Positions 23,613 to 34,648 of a stretch of 64,000 nucleotides of DNA are shown here, piece after piece. The stretch's first letter is position 1. Every line of letters starts with the position of its first letter. A program made the translations under genes and the position numbers. The notes beneath the pieces are model-generated. The model had not been told where the DNA came from. It did not search any database and saw only the letters and a program-made list of their open reading frames with translations. Origin of the DNA: Fistulifera solaris (Eukaryota); the NCBI GenBank assembly GCA_030295235.1, contig AP026152.1, positions 248,001-312,000 of the forward strand, in the 5' to 3' direction.

Positions 23613-25028
23613 ATGAGCCTTCCTTCCGATTCTGCCGACTTACTTTTGTACGCGACAGCCTGTTCTATCGCCTTGTCGACACTTTATTATATCGCGACAC
23701 GACACCCACGTTCGAACGTCCCGAATGCTCCGTTGGCCATTCCTCTCTTGGGCCACGCGTTGATTTTTCGAAAAAATCCGAATGACTTTTTTCGCAAAGC
23801 TCAAAGCGTGGTGGGTCCTGTCTTCCGGATCAATTTAGCGGGTCGTCGTATGATCATGGTGACATCTCCGGCTGTCATGGAAAAGGTGACAGCGGCCCCC
23901 GAAACGATCTTGTCATCCGAAACAGCCGTGCGTGAAATCGGATTTGATTACACCCTCGGATTATTCAATGTAACAGAAGGAACATCCTTTCATCGGAAAG
24001 TCTTGAAAAGCGATGCTCATGCGGCATTTTTGAAGCGAGTCATGTCGCAGTTACAGCACTCGTTTGACACGGAACTCTCTAAAACTCGGGCAAACAAAGG
24101 TCGTGTCGAAATTTCTGATTTATTTGTATTTTCGCGCCGGTCTTTTGTAAGGGCTTGTCTAGTAGCGTTTATTGGTAAAAACTTGGAGAGTGACGCTTTG
24201 ATTTCGGATATAATGATATTCATGGACCGAGTCGAAGACGCAACAGCCAAAGCGGCCGTTTTACCCAGATATCTCGCCATACCCCTCGTCCTAAGACCAG
24301 TTCAAGCACAACGGTTACAGCTACAGAAACGAATTGCTGCGTTGCTGGAACCAATGCTACAATCAGCATCAGCAGAAGGGCCCTGGTTGAACCAATTCCG
24401 ACATCTCCCCCAACAAGACGGGGCAGCTGTGGCTGCGGAGCTTGTTATCGGATTAGTCTTTGCGGCTCACAAAAACCCATCCATAGCAGCAGCTCAATCT
24501 CTTATTTATGTTTTACAGTACAGTGAGAACAACTTGGACCTCCAAAAGGAAGCCAAGCTCGTGGCCCGAGGAGAGCTGCCGGATCGCACTCCGCATTTAT
24601 ACGCCAATGTACGGGAAACTCTCCGACTTACCAGCTTATCCATTGGATCCATTCGCACCGTTATGTGCGACCGTTTTGATGCAACTTCGGAAGATGGCAC
24701 AATCTACACGTTTCTAAAGGGAGAATCGGTGTGTGTCGCCCACAATGTTATGGACACGGATCCGTCCAGATGGAGCGATGCGTCCAGCTTCGTGCCCAAT
24801 CGGTTTCTGGAAAAACATCCACAATACCTGGTTTTCTCGAGAGGGATACACAAATGCCCGGGTGAAAGAATCGCGATGACCATGGTGCAGATCCTGTTGG
24901 CTCTGTTTCTGGATCGGAATGCCCGGCTGGAGGGCCCGGTTCCCGGACTGGATTTTGAGAGAACCACGGTTGCGCAGCGTGCCGGTCCTGTGCGTATTTC
25001 ACTGGACTACCGAGGATCATCGTTTTGA
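23613..25028 (+). CDS. Cytochrome P450 (CYP51/CYP7-like appearance, atypical I-helix)
   Basis: N-terminal TM anchor, IPLLGHALIF, ETLR (ExxR), FVPNRF, heme motif FSRGIHKCPG. Confidence 0.9.
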   Translation: MSLPSDSADLLLYATACSIALSTLYYIATRHPRSNVPNAPLAIPLLGHALIFRKNPNDFFRKAQSVVGPVFRINLAGRRMIMVTSPAVMEKVTAAPETILSSETAVREIGFDYTLGLFNVTEGTSFHRKVLKSDAHAAFLKRVMSQLQHSFDTELSKTRANKGRVEISDLFVFSRRSFVRACLVAFIGKNLESDALISDIMIFMDRVEDATAKAAVLPRYLAIPLVLRPVQAQRLQLQKRIAALLEPMLQSASAEGPWLNQFRHLPQQDGAAVAAELVIGLVFAAHKNPSIAAAQSLIYVLQYSENNLDLQKEAKLVARGELPDRTPHLYANVRETLRLTSLSIGSIRTVMCDRFDATSEDGTIYTFLKGESVCVAHNVMDTDPSRWSDASSFVPNRFLEKHPQYLVFSRGIHKCPGERIAMTMVQILLALFLDRNARLEGPVPGLDFERTTVAQRAGPVRISLDYRGSSF

Positions 25029-25389
25029 GTATTCGTTTTTCATTTCAATGTTGCATGGATTTGATATTGTTCCTGGGATGATGCATCTTCAGCTCTAGCA
25101 ATCGTGTGTACAGTAAGGCTCAAAGTAAGTTGTTTACTGTGGTTTAAGGAGTACTGGATACTGGTACTAAGATTTTCGAAGAACTTCAAGATTTTCGTGG
25201 CGCTCTTTTCGTTGCTGTTTGTCAAGTTATGCGAACCGCTTCATGAAGTTTACGGAACGAGAAAAGATTTTCGACTTTCGGCACGGATCTCACCGTGGTT
25301 GACACAAGCCATTAACCATGTTCTTTCGCAAGTTATCTACATGCTTCATTCCAGCATATTCCTACCGCACAAGTCGCTTGACAAGCACC

Positions 25390-26467
25390 ATGAGTATCGC
25401 CAAAGGTCGACTGGAGCAGTCTCGCTCGAATGCAGGCACCTCAATCGCTGGCACAGGAATCGCGGCTTCGCAACCGCTCCTGCTCACAGGCGATGAGTTC
25501 CATGTTTCCAATGATGGAATTGCGCGGAGCTTGTACGAAATTGACGGCAGCTATTCCATCGCCATCGAAGAGCTCTATGATCTGAAACACAACAAAAAGA
25601 ACTTTGTCGTTCGTCAGCAGATCGGTTCGCAACTGTCGAGCGAAAAAGGAATCGATGTACTCTCGAGAAATGCTCGAGGGGTGGTTCCGTTGGGGAGGTG
25701 TCTGGCAGCTGTCGAAATTCAAGAGATTGAAGAGCACGATTTATTTCTTGGTGAAGCTGGCACAGGGTCAACAACATGGGAATCGTCCATCGCAATGGCA
25801 TTGTTCTTTCACGAAAATCCCGAGGCTCTTTTCGGTAACGTTGTTGAAGTGGGTTGTGGAGTTGGTTTAGGAGGAATTTTGAACGCATGGACGAAATATT
25901 CGTCGCCTTTCATGTCTTCCTTGGGTGGATCCATCACCTTGACAGACGGAAATGATAAAGTGCTGACGCAGTGCCAAGAAAACTTGATATCGAATTACAG
26001 TTTATTCCAGTACAACTATCATGACATATCCACCAAAAAAACTAGAATGGCACGAATATCCTGGAAAATACAACTCCATGCGGGCATCCTTTGATACTGT
26101 GGTTGGGTGCGATTGCGCGTATCGGTACAAGGATATCGATGCGCTAAGCGAGACCATGAGTGATCTTTTGGCGCCAGGTGGAACAATTCATTTTTTTGCA
26201 CCTTACAATCGAAGTACTTTATATGATTTGATTCGCGTTCTGAAAGACGGTCTCGGATTAAACGTTCTCCTGGATTGGATTGACCTAAACCGATACCGTT
26301 TGAAACCAGGATGTAGAAGCAAATTGCCAAGCGAAGCAATCTCATTTGACGACTGCCTTTACGCTTCAAAAGCGACGGCAAAAATACTCCATATTATAGC
26401 ATCGAAGAAGACCGAAAGCGGTAGAATAGCAAATTCAGACACACGTGACATGCACGCTATCGATTAG
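25390..26467 (+). CDS. METTL21-like (Methyltransf_16) protein-lysine methyltransferase; frameshift at A7 run 26035-26041
   Basis: TGSTTWESSIAMA, motif I VVEVGCGVG, LTDGN, FDTVVGCDCAY. Confidence 0.82.
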
Positions 26468-26560
26468 ACTCAAATCCATGCCGTTTAATGCATAAAATTC
26501 ATATCCAGAATCGTCGGTCGCATACGCCCTAACTTGTCGTCGTTTCCGTTTTTGTCAAAT

Positions 26561-29500
26561 CTATTCTGGTGTTTTTAGGAGAGAAAGGATTTCATCTAAT
26601 GACTTCTGCATACGTTCCACTCGATCTTCTAAGCGTTTAAAATCCTCAAGCGTCAGAGTTGAATCCCGCAAAATCATTTGGGGCTTTGAAATCGGTCGGA
26701 AGAAACGGTATGAAAGCAAAGCAGCCATGCAGAAGCCAGCAATTTTAATGAAAGACAACGGAGAAGCCGGTGTTCTTTCGCTCGTCTTCATGGTTTCGTC
26801 AGGGCCTGTAGCATCTGATTTAGTCGGCGCTTCAGTTCCTCCAGCTTCGATACACGCTTTTCGAACGTAATCGAACAAGTTCCGGTGCACCGCTGAAGCT
26901 TCTTCAATGGCGCTGGAACGAATCTTGCTTTTCAAAATTGTACTCTTGCGGAATGTTACAGCAACCCCAACCTCGACGAGAATGTCATTTTCGCTGCTAC
27001 TCCGAGCTACCCACCTCACCTCCACAAAAAAAGCATTCAGAGTAAGGAATGCCCTCAAAATCAATAGTCATACTCATCACACATTTGTCCTGACCTTCTA
27101 TCCGGCAAAATTGAGTCTGAAAGAAAATGGTTAATGCGACGATTCTTTTCAATGCTTCTTTGTCCTTTTTGGTATCAATGCAGACGTACCTGTCTAACTT
27201 CTGCAATGGGTGGTCCGATGTAGAGATGTGTTTTCCTCTTCACTCTGTACTGAACGGAGCGCTTTTGATCGTATTGCTCCTTATCCGATGGATTTTCGCA
27301 TTTGGTGGGGTCCCAAGGACCCACCTCTACATCCAGACAAGTCTCCTTGAGCCAAGTTTCGTACAAAGACTTCTCCCAAACTATCTCGTAGAACCGCTGC
27401 ACAGATATATTATTCAGTTGGCGGCTCAAAACTTGGTCCATTTGCTCTAAAATCTTGTCCGGCAAGATGGTTTTTGTCGCAATATCACCCGTAGATGTGC
27501 CTTCAACATGGCTTAGCTGTCTCTGCACTCTCTCATTCTCAATCGCTTTCAATTTCTTCTTCGCTTTATTGACGCTGTCTGTAAGTAGCTCAAAAGCCTG
27601 CTGTGCACGCAGAATGCCGTGTGTGCCAAAATTCAAAACCGTTGCCTTGCCGTCTTTATTCTGAACAAAAACACGAATAAATTCACGGCTGCTCTTCCAT
27701 GAAACTGATTCCAGTTCAAGTTTATTGATTTCAGGTCCCATTTGTAGTGAAACGCGCTTTCCTTTCCAACTTGAAAACCAGATGGTTGTATCAGATAGGA
27801 AGATTACACCGTAAGAAAAGTTCAACATATTGTCGATATCGCCAAATGAACATGGAAAGTACATAGGTTTTACTCCTTCCGACGGCTTTTCAATATCGTG
27901 CTTATCGGTCCAAAAGTACGAGAGGAAGAGGTCGGTGGTTGCCCCGCGACCCGATGCATTTCGGTAGCGTCGTCGCATCCTTTTCCGAAAACTTAGCTTC
28001 TCACGTATCGAATCATGCACTCCTAGCATTCCATTACCCTTTATGGGCAGTCCCATCCACTTTGTTAATTGCCCATCTGAATCATCTCCACCCCCGGTAG
28101 ATATTGAAAGCAATACGTCCTCTTCGTCCTGAGATTTACTCTTACTCTGAGCTACTGCTAAGTCATTCTCTCCGCCAAGATAGGAGCTGTCATTAAAACT
28201 GGAGTCCTCCATTGAAATGTCGCTTTCCGTGCAACCCTCATCTACAAAAATTTCCTCTCCATTCTCAGAAGCTTCGTTGTCTTCAAAACTTGTCAGAATA
28301 TTGGCAGAATCGGTGTCGCAACTGTGAGTACGTTGCTCGCAATAGCAAGATTTTCACCACAATGTTCTCCGCAGAAATGAGTCAATTTTGCACGGTAATG
28401 ATCTGCTCTATTTTTCATAGCATCGACGTGTAGTTGCGGCAAAATTTCTGATGTATTGAACGACAAGGTTTCAAGTGTCCTCTCACGTGATGAAATTACT
28501 AGCGAAAGCAGCTGTCCTATCACCTATTCATTTCCCCCCAGCCGCCTTCATCTTCTTTGTCGAATTGAGCACTCAAACGCTCTGCGTTATCGCGGTATTT
28601 GTCACATAAGCGCATCATTTCTTTACTTGCGGAATCCAGGACCTGACGAGACTTAATCTCCTTCTCATCAGCTTGTTCTAAGTTGTTTTGAGCCAGGCTT
28701 GCCCTGGTTGAAGGATTTAACATACTCAAAGCATGTTCTCCGCCATTTGGTAAGGCAGACAACATGGTCGCAATATGCCTTGAAACGTGTTTGTTAATGG
28801 ACGACGGGCTCGAAGCTTCACTTTCTTTGTGGTCGATCGAAGATACTCTTTCTCGTGCTCTTGCCTGCTCATCTGTTGTCAAAAGGTATAGCTGACGAGC
28901 TCTTGACTTTGTGCGCGCTGAATCGCAAAGTTGCTTGTAAAGCATCTCCTCGCTATTTGACGCAGCAGTCAGCAACTTGTCTCCATACGTGATAATGTCG
29001 GAAATGTGCGTTCGAAATAATTGTCGCACTTCCAAGGCACAGGAACTTGCTGCATTTGCTTCAACAAAAATGTAAGACGAAATCCCATGTAAAAGTTCCA
29101 CAATATGGGTTGCATCTTGATCTTTGAGTTCCCCGCAAACGGTCTGCAAGCTTTTCATTTGGGATTCATTCTTCAAAGAAATTTCATTTAAGCTTTTACT
29201 CAGATCATCAAGACCAGACGAGATGTATTCGATAAAAGCGGCGAAAACACGAAAGTGCTGGACCCTAGCCGCTCGATCCGTGACCCGTGATCGAAACGTA
29301 TCTCGAAGAATTCCTATCTCTTGCGGAAGTCCTAATGTTTCCGCATCCATCACCCCCGATCCTTCTTCATAACGAGACGAGTTGCTGGACGATGATCGTC
29401 GTCGGGTATGTTCGGCAATATCTCTTCTTTCTTTTTCTGCTCCTGTTATGCTCTCTACAATGTCTTTCTTAACACTATGTATGACCTCTTGTGCTGTTTG

Positions 29501-30370
29501 TCGCAATGACTGGACTCCTAACGCAAGTACCGATGTCGTAAAATGCATACGATGATCTTCCAGGAGTTGCAGCGACTCGAGAGCTACTTTCTCCATCTCT
29601 ATGCATTGATCGCTCGCTTCTTTCTCCCATTCATTAAATTTTGAGTAACGAAGCTTTTGCTGCTGCAAATCTTCACACATACTCTTCAAAGAGACTGGCA
29701 TATTTCCTTCATTCTTTTGTCCATTGGCTGCCCATTCTCGTGCCGCTTGTTCCGCCGCCTGCAGAGACCGATCGTAGGTTTTCGCAAGTCGTTCCGTACT
29801 TTGACGAACGAGAACGCAGGTTCGCCGACTGGTAAGATATTTTTCACGGATACCCTGCAACGCATCCGAGTACGCTTGTAGCAAGCTTTTGAATGGCATG
29901 CCGATCTCGGTACGCAACGAGTTGGCAAGCTTCGATGTACTACCGCTCCAAAAGACCAAGGATTGCTGTACATCGGAGGCATCTCTGCCAATTTCTTTCA
30001 AATATTGCCCCGCTTTTAACAGTGATTGTGAAAATTCATCATAAGCACGCGATACTTGGAGCAGCAAAACAGTAGCTCGACCGTAAAGACCGGTTAATAT
30101 ACGGCCTCGTTCCACGAGTGCAAGAAGGACGCAGCCGTGTTGCGCTTCCTTGGTTCCCGCAATAACATCTTTACACGGAGAGAAAAGAGCCGAGGTAGGG
30201 CTTTTTAAAGCAGTCGCCCACTCAATTTTTTCCTTCGTTGCATGAGAACTCTCCTCAGCAGTCGACGCGTTGCCGTTTTCATCACTATTTTCTGACCTTT
30301 CTTCCGTTTGCTCGGCAATACTATCGGATATTGACCGATCCAGAGGCGTGGCTTTTACGACCTCGGGCAT
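26561..30370 (-). CDS. Putative single gene: long BAR/F-BAR-like helical region + GRAM/PH-like + VASt (StARkin) + TM + coiled coil; intron 27117-27189 and several 1-nt shifts
   Basis: GRAM-like FPCSF..YGVIFLSDTTIWFSS and VASt-like GIPYSECFFVEVRW (after correcting the A7 run near 27026-27032); C-terminal TM. The frame of ORF 27175..28212 stays open upstream to ~28350 and overlaps ORF 28293..28523, which abuts ORF 28520..30412. Confidence 0.62.
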
Positions 30371-30807
30371 CTTATGAATAAGTGGCGTGATAACGGCGGA
30401 GTAGATATCCAAAAGCCAGACCTGTTTGAATTACAAAATGATTTTGCGAGACGTCGCGAATCTATCTATAAAATAGATGACATGTTCAGGATTTCCGCGA
30501 AAGATCCGTGATCCGTGATTCATTCAGTACATTAAACACTATAGTAAAACTCTGTTTAGGTCTCGTCCACTCTATCACCAAGTGTGTAGGATAGTTGAAA
30601 GTACGGAACTAAGGACATCAAATTTCGAAATAATCATAACATCAGTTCTCATCTCTAAGCAATTTAAAAGACCTTGTGAACCGTGATCACATCAATCATT
30701 TGATGTGGTATGAAAGAATCCTTTACTATGCGGATTTCTATTGCGCAGCTTCCTATTGTGCGCCGGGCTCTCGGCTGCTCGATCATATTTGTAAATAAAT
30801 TGTTGAA

Positions 30808-32254
30808 TCATAGGATGAACGTAAGAATGCATGCTACCGGAACCGTTGCGAAAGGAGATAAAGCCGTGACCGTTGAAGCATTCGCTATTGCATCGGGACC
30901 TAGCATAGATGGAGCACTCGTTCGTGTCGGTGTGCTTATAGGTGAGCAACCGGGTGTATCCGTGGGGACGACTGCTTGGTCCTCATCCGTCAAGAAACCG
31001 AAGGCGTACCCAGTGGCACCGATCGAGGCAACGCTTCCGGCCAGTAATAAGCGAGTTCCGTTCGTGGAAAGCGACATGGAGGAGGGAATGAAGCCGCCTG
31101 GAAAGTTGCTAAATCGCCAAATGAAATCCGACGTTAAGGCATCCACACACACCAGGTCTCCACTACAAGTAAAAGAATACAACGAGGAACCATCCGGACT
31201 TAAAATTGCCGGGATAGTCGGACAGAGCGTGGCACGCCATAAAATGCGATCTTCAGGGATTGAATATGCTTCTGTCACCGCATTCAAGCTGTTTGTTGCG
31301 TAAATAATATTTCCATCGGGAGAGATCAGTGGACCGAATTTTGTAGCTATTCCAGCGAGTCAAGTCAGAAAGGAAATGGAATGGAAGCGACTACAAAAAT
31401 ACGTTCACTTACCGTCCGTTATTTGATCCGTCACAATTTGAGCTGGAAAGAAAACAAAATCAGCTTGGCTCCGATACAAGCCACGGCTGTCACCCGTCCG
31501 TAACGTATATACATGCTGTTGGTCCGGGCTAATCACCAAGCCGACATTGGTCGTTTCTCCCAATATTGGTCCACTGGATCCTGTCAGAACACCGGAAGTC
31601 AGGTTGTAGACGGTCAACGGGTACCCTTTCCCTGTCGCCTGGTTCACAGCGAGAAGAGAGTCTTCTGTGGTCGCCACTTGATCGGTTTTCAAGTCCGTCG
31701 CAGACCATAGCATGCGACCAGTGGGATCGAGGACGACGATCCCGTCTGTCATACTGCAATAAACAATAGTATCGGACGTGGAATTCTTTGATTGAGGTAC
31801 AATTAAGGGCGAAATCCCCTTGTTGGATTGACGGGCCACACTGTTCGACCACACCACGTCTAGGCTCTCGGTCGACACCCCGTGAATTCCAACGTTATTT
31901 TCCCGATCGGCCCGAAAAGGACTCACCACCAATATCCTTTCGTCGCTCGTGAGTGAGCAAGCACCCACTTTGCTGCGACCCGATGTAATTAACTTCGAAT
32001 TGACAATTTTACCCGTCTTGGACTTCAATTTATAAACCCATGATTCCGATGAGCTTTCGACGCCGACGGGACGATTTATTGTCAAGTAGATGTTACCTTT
32101 CGAATCTCCTGAGATCCCTTCGATACTTGAATCTTTGATAGTCGTGTTGAAAAAGACTTTTTGGGGATGGTAATCCCTGGCCCAAAGTGAATAGAATGGG
32201 AAGACTGAGAACGCTGACGAAAAAATGAAGAACGTTTGCTATTCTCGTTAACAT
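30808..32254 (-). CDS. Secreted/membrane-anchored beta-propeller-like (PQQ/WD-like) protein; intron ~31350-31411
   Basis: Repeated beta-rich motifs ending in W (LDVVWS, GRMLWS, RILWR, DFIWRF), SPDG turns, Pro/Thr linker and hydrophobic C-terminus. N-terminus needs a shift in a homopolymer near 32220. Confidence 0.55.
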
Positions 32255-32692
32255 GTTGGGAAAATGTCGTTTTCTTTCGTCGTGCCAGATAAAAGGTCAG
32301 CTGTCGTTATTACTTCTTGCCGACATGCACCAGAGTTACCTTGAATGAATACTTCTTTGTCTTCCAATCGTATTGTTGATGACTTCAGCGGCAATAATTC
32401 TTCTTTGCGGTGCCTGTTTGTTGGCATCGGCATTCTGTACTTTGTAAGTCTATAATAATAAGTTATCGCACCGGTGACATTTCAGTCCCTGTCAGTAATC
32501 AATCAAGAATCCTTTGGCTTTCAGTCACAAAAACTATGTCATACTTCTTCACGTCATTCTCATCTGCCACAAGCCTTTCGCAAAAAGTTCAATCATACCA
32601 TTTACTAAAACTTCTCTTAGATTAATTAAACCCGCAAATATCAGCGACGTCCAGTATCCTTTGTCTCGTGCTGACACGTAGATCACCAAAAC

Positions 32693-33832
32693 TTAACCAA
32701 GCAAGGTCGGTTTGTATCGGAGCCCGTAACCGTCTTCGTACACACCCAGTGCTCCCGCACGAAGAGCCCAAGCATTCTTCCCGGTACCACTGACAACTTG
32801 CTTCATATCGCGAAGAAAAATGAGCTGCTGTTGCAGATCTTTCGGGATATGGGGGCACGTGTCACAAAGGTGCGTATTGGACATGCTCAATGCCATCTGG
32901 TACACGCCCTCGAGTTTCGATGGGAAATAGACCGCTCCCCGCGAGCGCTTATCGGGTGGAACGAGCGCGCAGTGCATACAGCGGATACCCACTTGTCCTA
33001 CGACAATGGGTTTGTTTCGCCCTGTGCGGCCGCTTGGCTTTCCTGCAATAATAGAAATGTAAGATGAAGATGATACACAGATAATTTCCCCTCGAAGTCA
33101 AATTATTCTCACCTCCTCATTTGCTTCGAAAAATTGAATCTGTTTTCGGAGTAATACATGATAGTCTATTAGGAGCGAAGTGTCGTGAGGACTCCGTCTT
33201 GCAATCGCATTTTGAGCTTAATCATCGCCCAAACACTCACCTGTCAAATACTTTCCATCACAGGATAGATAAAGAATATTTGGAGGTCGTCCTGTTATTG
33301 AAGAATGGAATAAAGCAGGATTAGCAAGCAAAGAACGGCGTGCGGACTAGCAACAAATCGACGATCTCAACAATATAGTTTTCCTGAGTTTTGTTTGTCA
33401 TTACAGTAGCCAGTGATGCTTCATCTTAAAACTTGAATCATGGAGCAGTAATGCAAAACATTGTCGCGTACCTGTCATGATATGTTCAATGGACGGAGTA
33501 ATGACGCTGGGTGATTCCTCGGGCTCGTTTTCCGTCAAAGCCAGCCATTCATCATCGGCCAGTGCCATTAAATCCTCTTCCATTTCATTATTCAGGGTCG
33601 GCTCCGTGTCCATCTGCATCTGGTTAGCTTCAAACATTGCAGGTTCCAAGATTGAATCGTTTATAAAATGATCTCGGAGTATGTCTTCGATCGGGAAGCT
33701 TTTTTTTTGTTCATCGATCTGCAAATAAAACGCTTCGGCCGTGTGTGCGGATTGCGGATTGCGGATGCGGATGCGAATAACGCCGTGTTCTTTCGGCTTC
33801 GCGGACTTTTTTTGGCGCGTGACATCTGGCAT
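32693..33832 (-). CDS. Uncharacterised protein with the 'QIxFFEA...GQVGIRCxHC' domain; introns incl. 33043-33112 and 33166-33240
   Basis: Spliced LTDYHVLLRKQIQFFEANEE|ESQAAAQG.NKPIVVGQVGIRCMHCA..GAVYFPSKLEGVYQMA..HL..CPHIP. I recall this motif set as a diatom-expanded domain. 5' structure uncertain. Confidence 0.7.
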
Positions 33833-34110
33833 TTGCAAGTTGATTATAAGTAATCAATGGGAGTCATTTTACAGGGTATACGTTTTAAAGTAGTGACTTC
33901 TTCTGATAGATCCACAAATTTCGGAGTACGTACTAAATATGACTACACTAAGTGCCCAGTGTTTGGCACTACTCTAAACATGACACAGCTCTGTATAGTC
34001 TGTACGGCTCTGTACGAGACACAAAGAACATTGACGATGGACGTCAGAAAAACGAAGTGATAAAGTTTTCGGATGACGCCATATCCCAACGGAATCCTAA
34101 CCCTACTCTA

Positions 34111-34334
34111 AAGTCGAATTAATTTTTAATTCGACTTCAAGTCGAATTAACTTTTTGTGTAGGCTTCCAGTAGGTTTTCTACGTCTGCGACATTTGATTC
34201 CAGCCGCATTTAGGGCAAAATCAGAAAGTCTGGCTGTCGTTACTGTGAAAAGTACTGGTGGAGAACATGTCGCACACGTATAAAACCTACTGGATCCTAC
34301 ACAAAAAAATAATTCGACTCTTAAGTCGAATTAA
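34111..34334. mobile_element. Degenerate foldback/MITE-like element with ~75-bp imperfect inverted arms (34126-34202 / 34259-34334)
   Basis: Left TTAATTCGACTTCAAGTCGAATTAACTTTTTGTGTAGGCTTCCAGTAGGTTTTCTACGTCTGCGACAT vs reverse complement of right TTAATTCGACTTAAGAGTCGAATTA(T)nGTGTAGGATCCAGTAGGTTTTATACGTGTGCGACAT. Confidence 0.7.
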
Positions 34335-34648
34335 GGGCAAAAACTGGTTCTGAGCCCACAGAAAAATTCCTTAGGGATATACAAGCAGACGCTAGACGCC
34401 AAACGGAAAATCTGGCGTCCACGCGGCTCTGCGCTGCAGCCTGCAGCCGCAGCCCCGCCGCCGCCGCGCCGGCCGGCTTCGCGCGCGTCTGCCATTCGTT
34501 CACCAATTAGACACTCGATCCGATCTTATCCAAACAAACGAAAAAAGAAACACTCTTTCATGACGAACCAGACATCTGTATAACGCCCTGGTAGCGGGAA
34601 ATCAATTCAACAAAAGTCCATTATTTCTTTCCACTCGGTCACACAGCC

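Noticed and set aside
34096..34376. Telomere-like CCTAACCCTA / TTAGGG words
   Set aside because: Isolated single units, not a tandem array.
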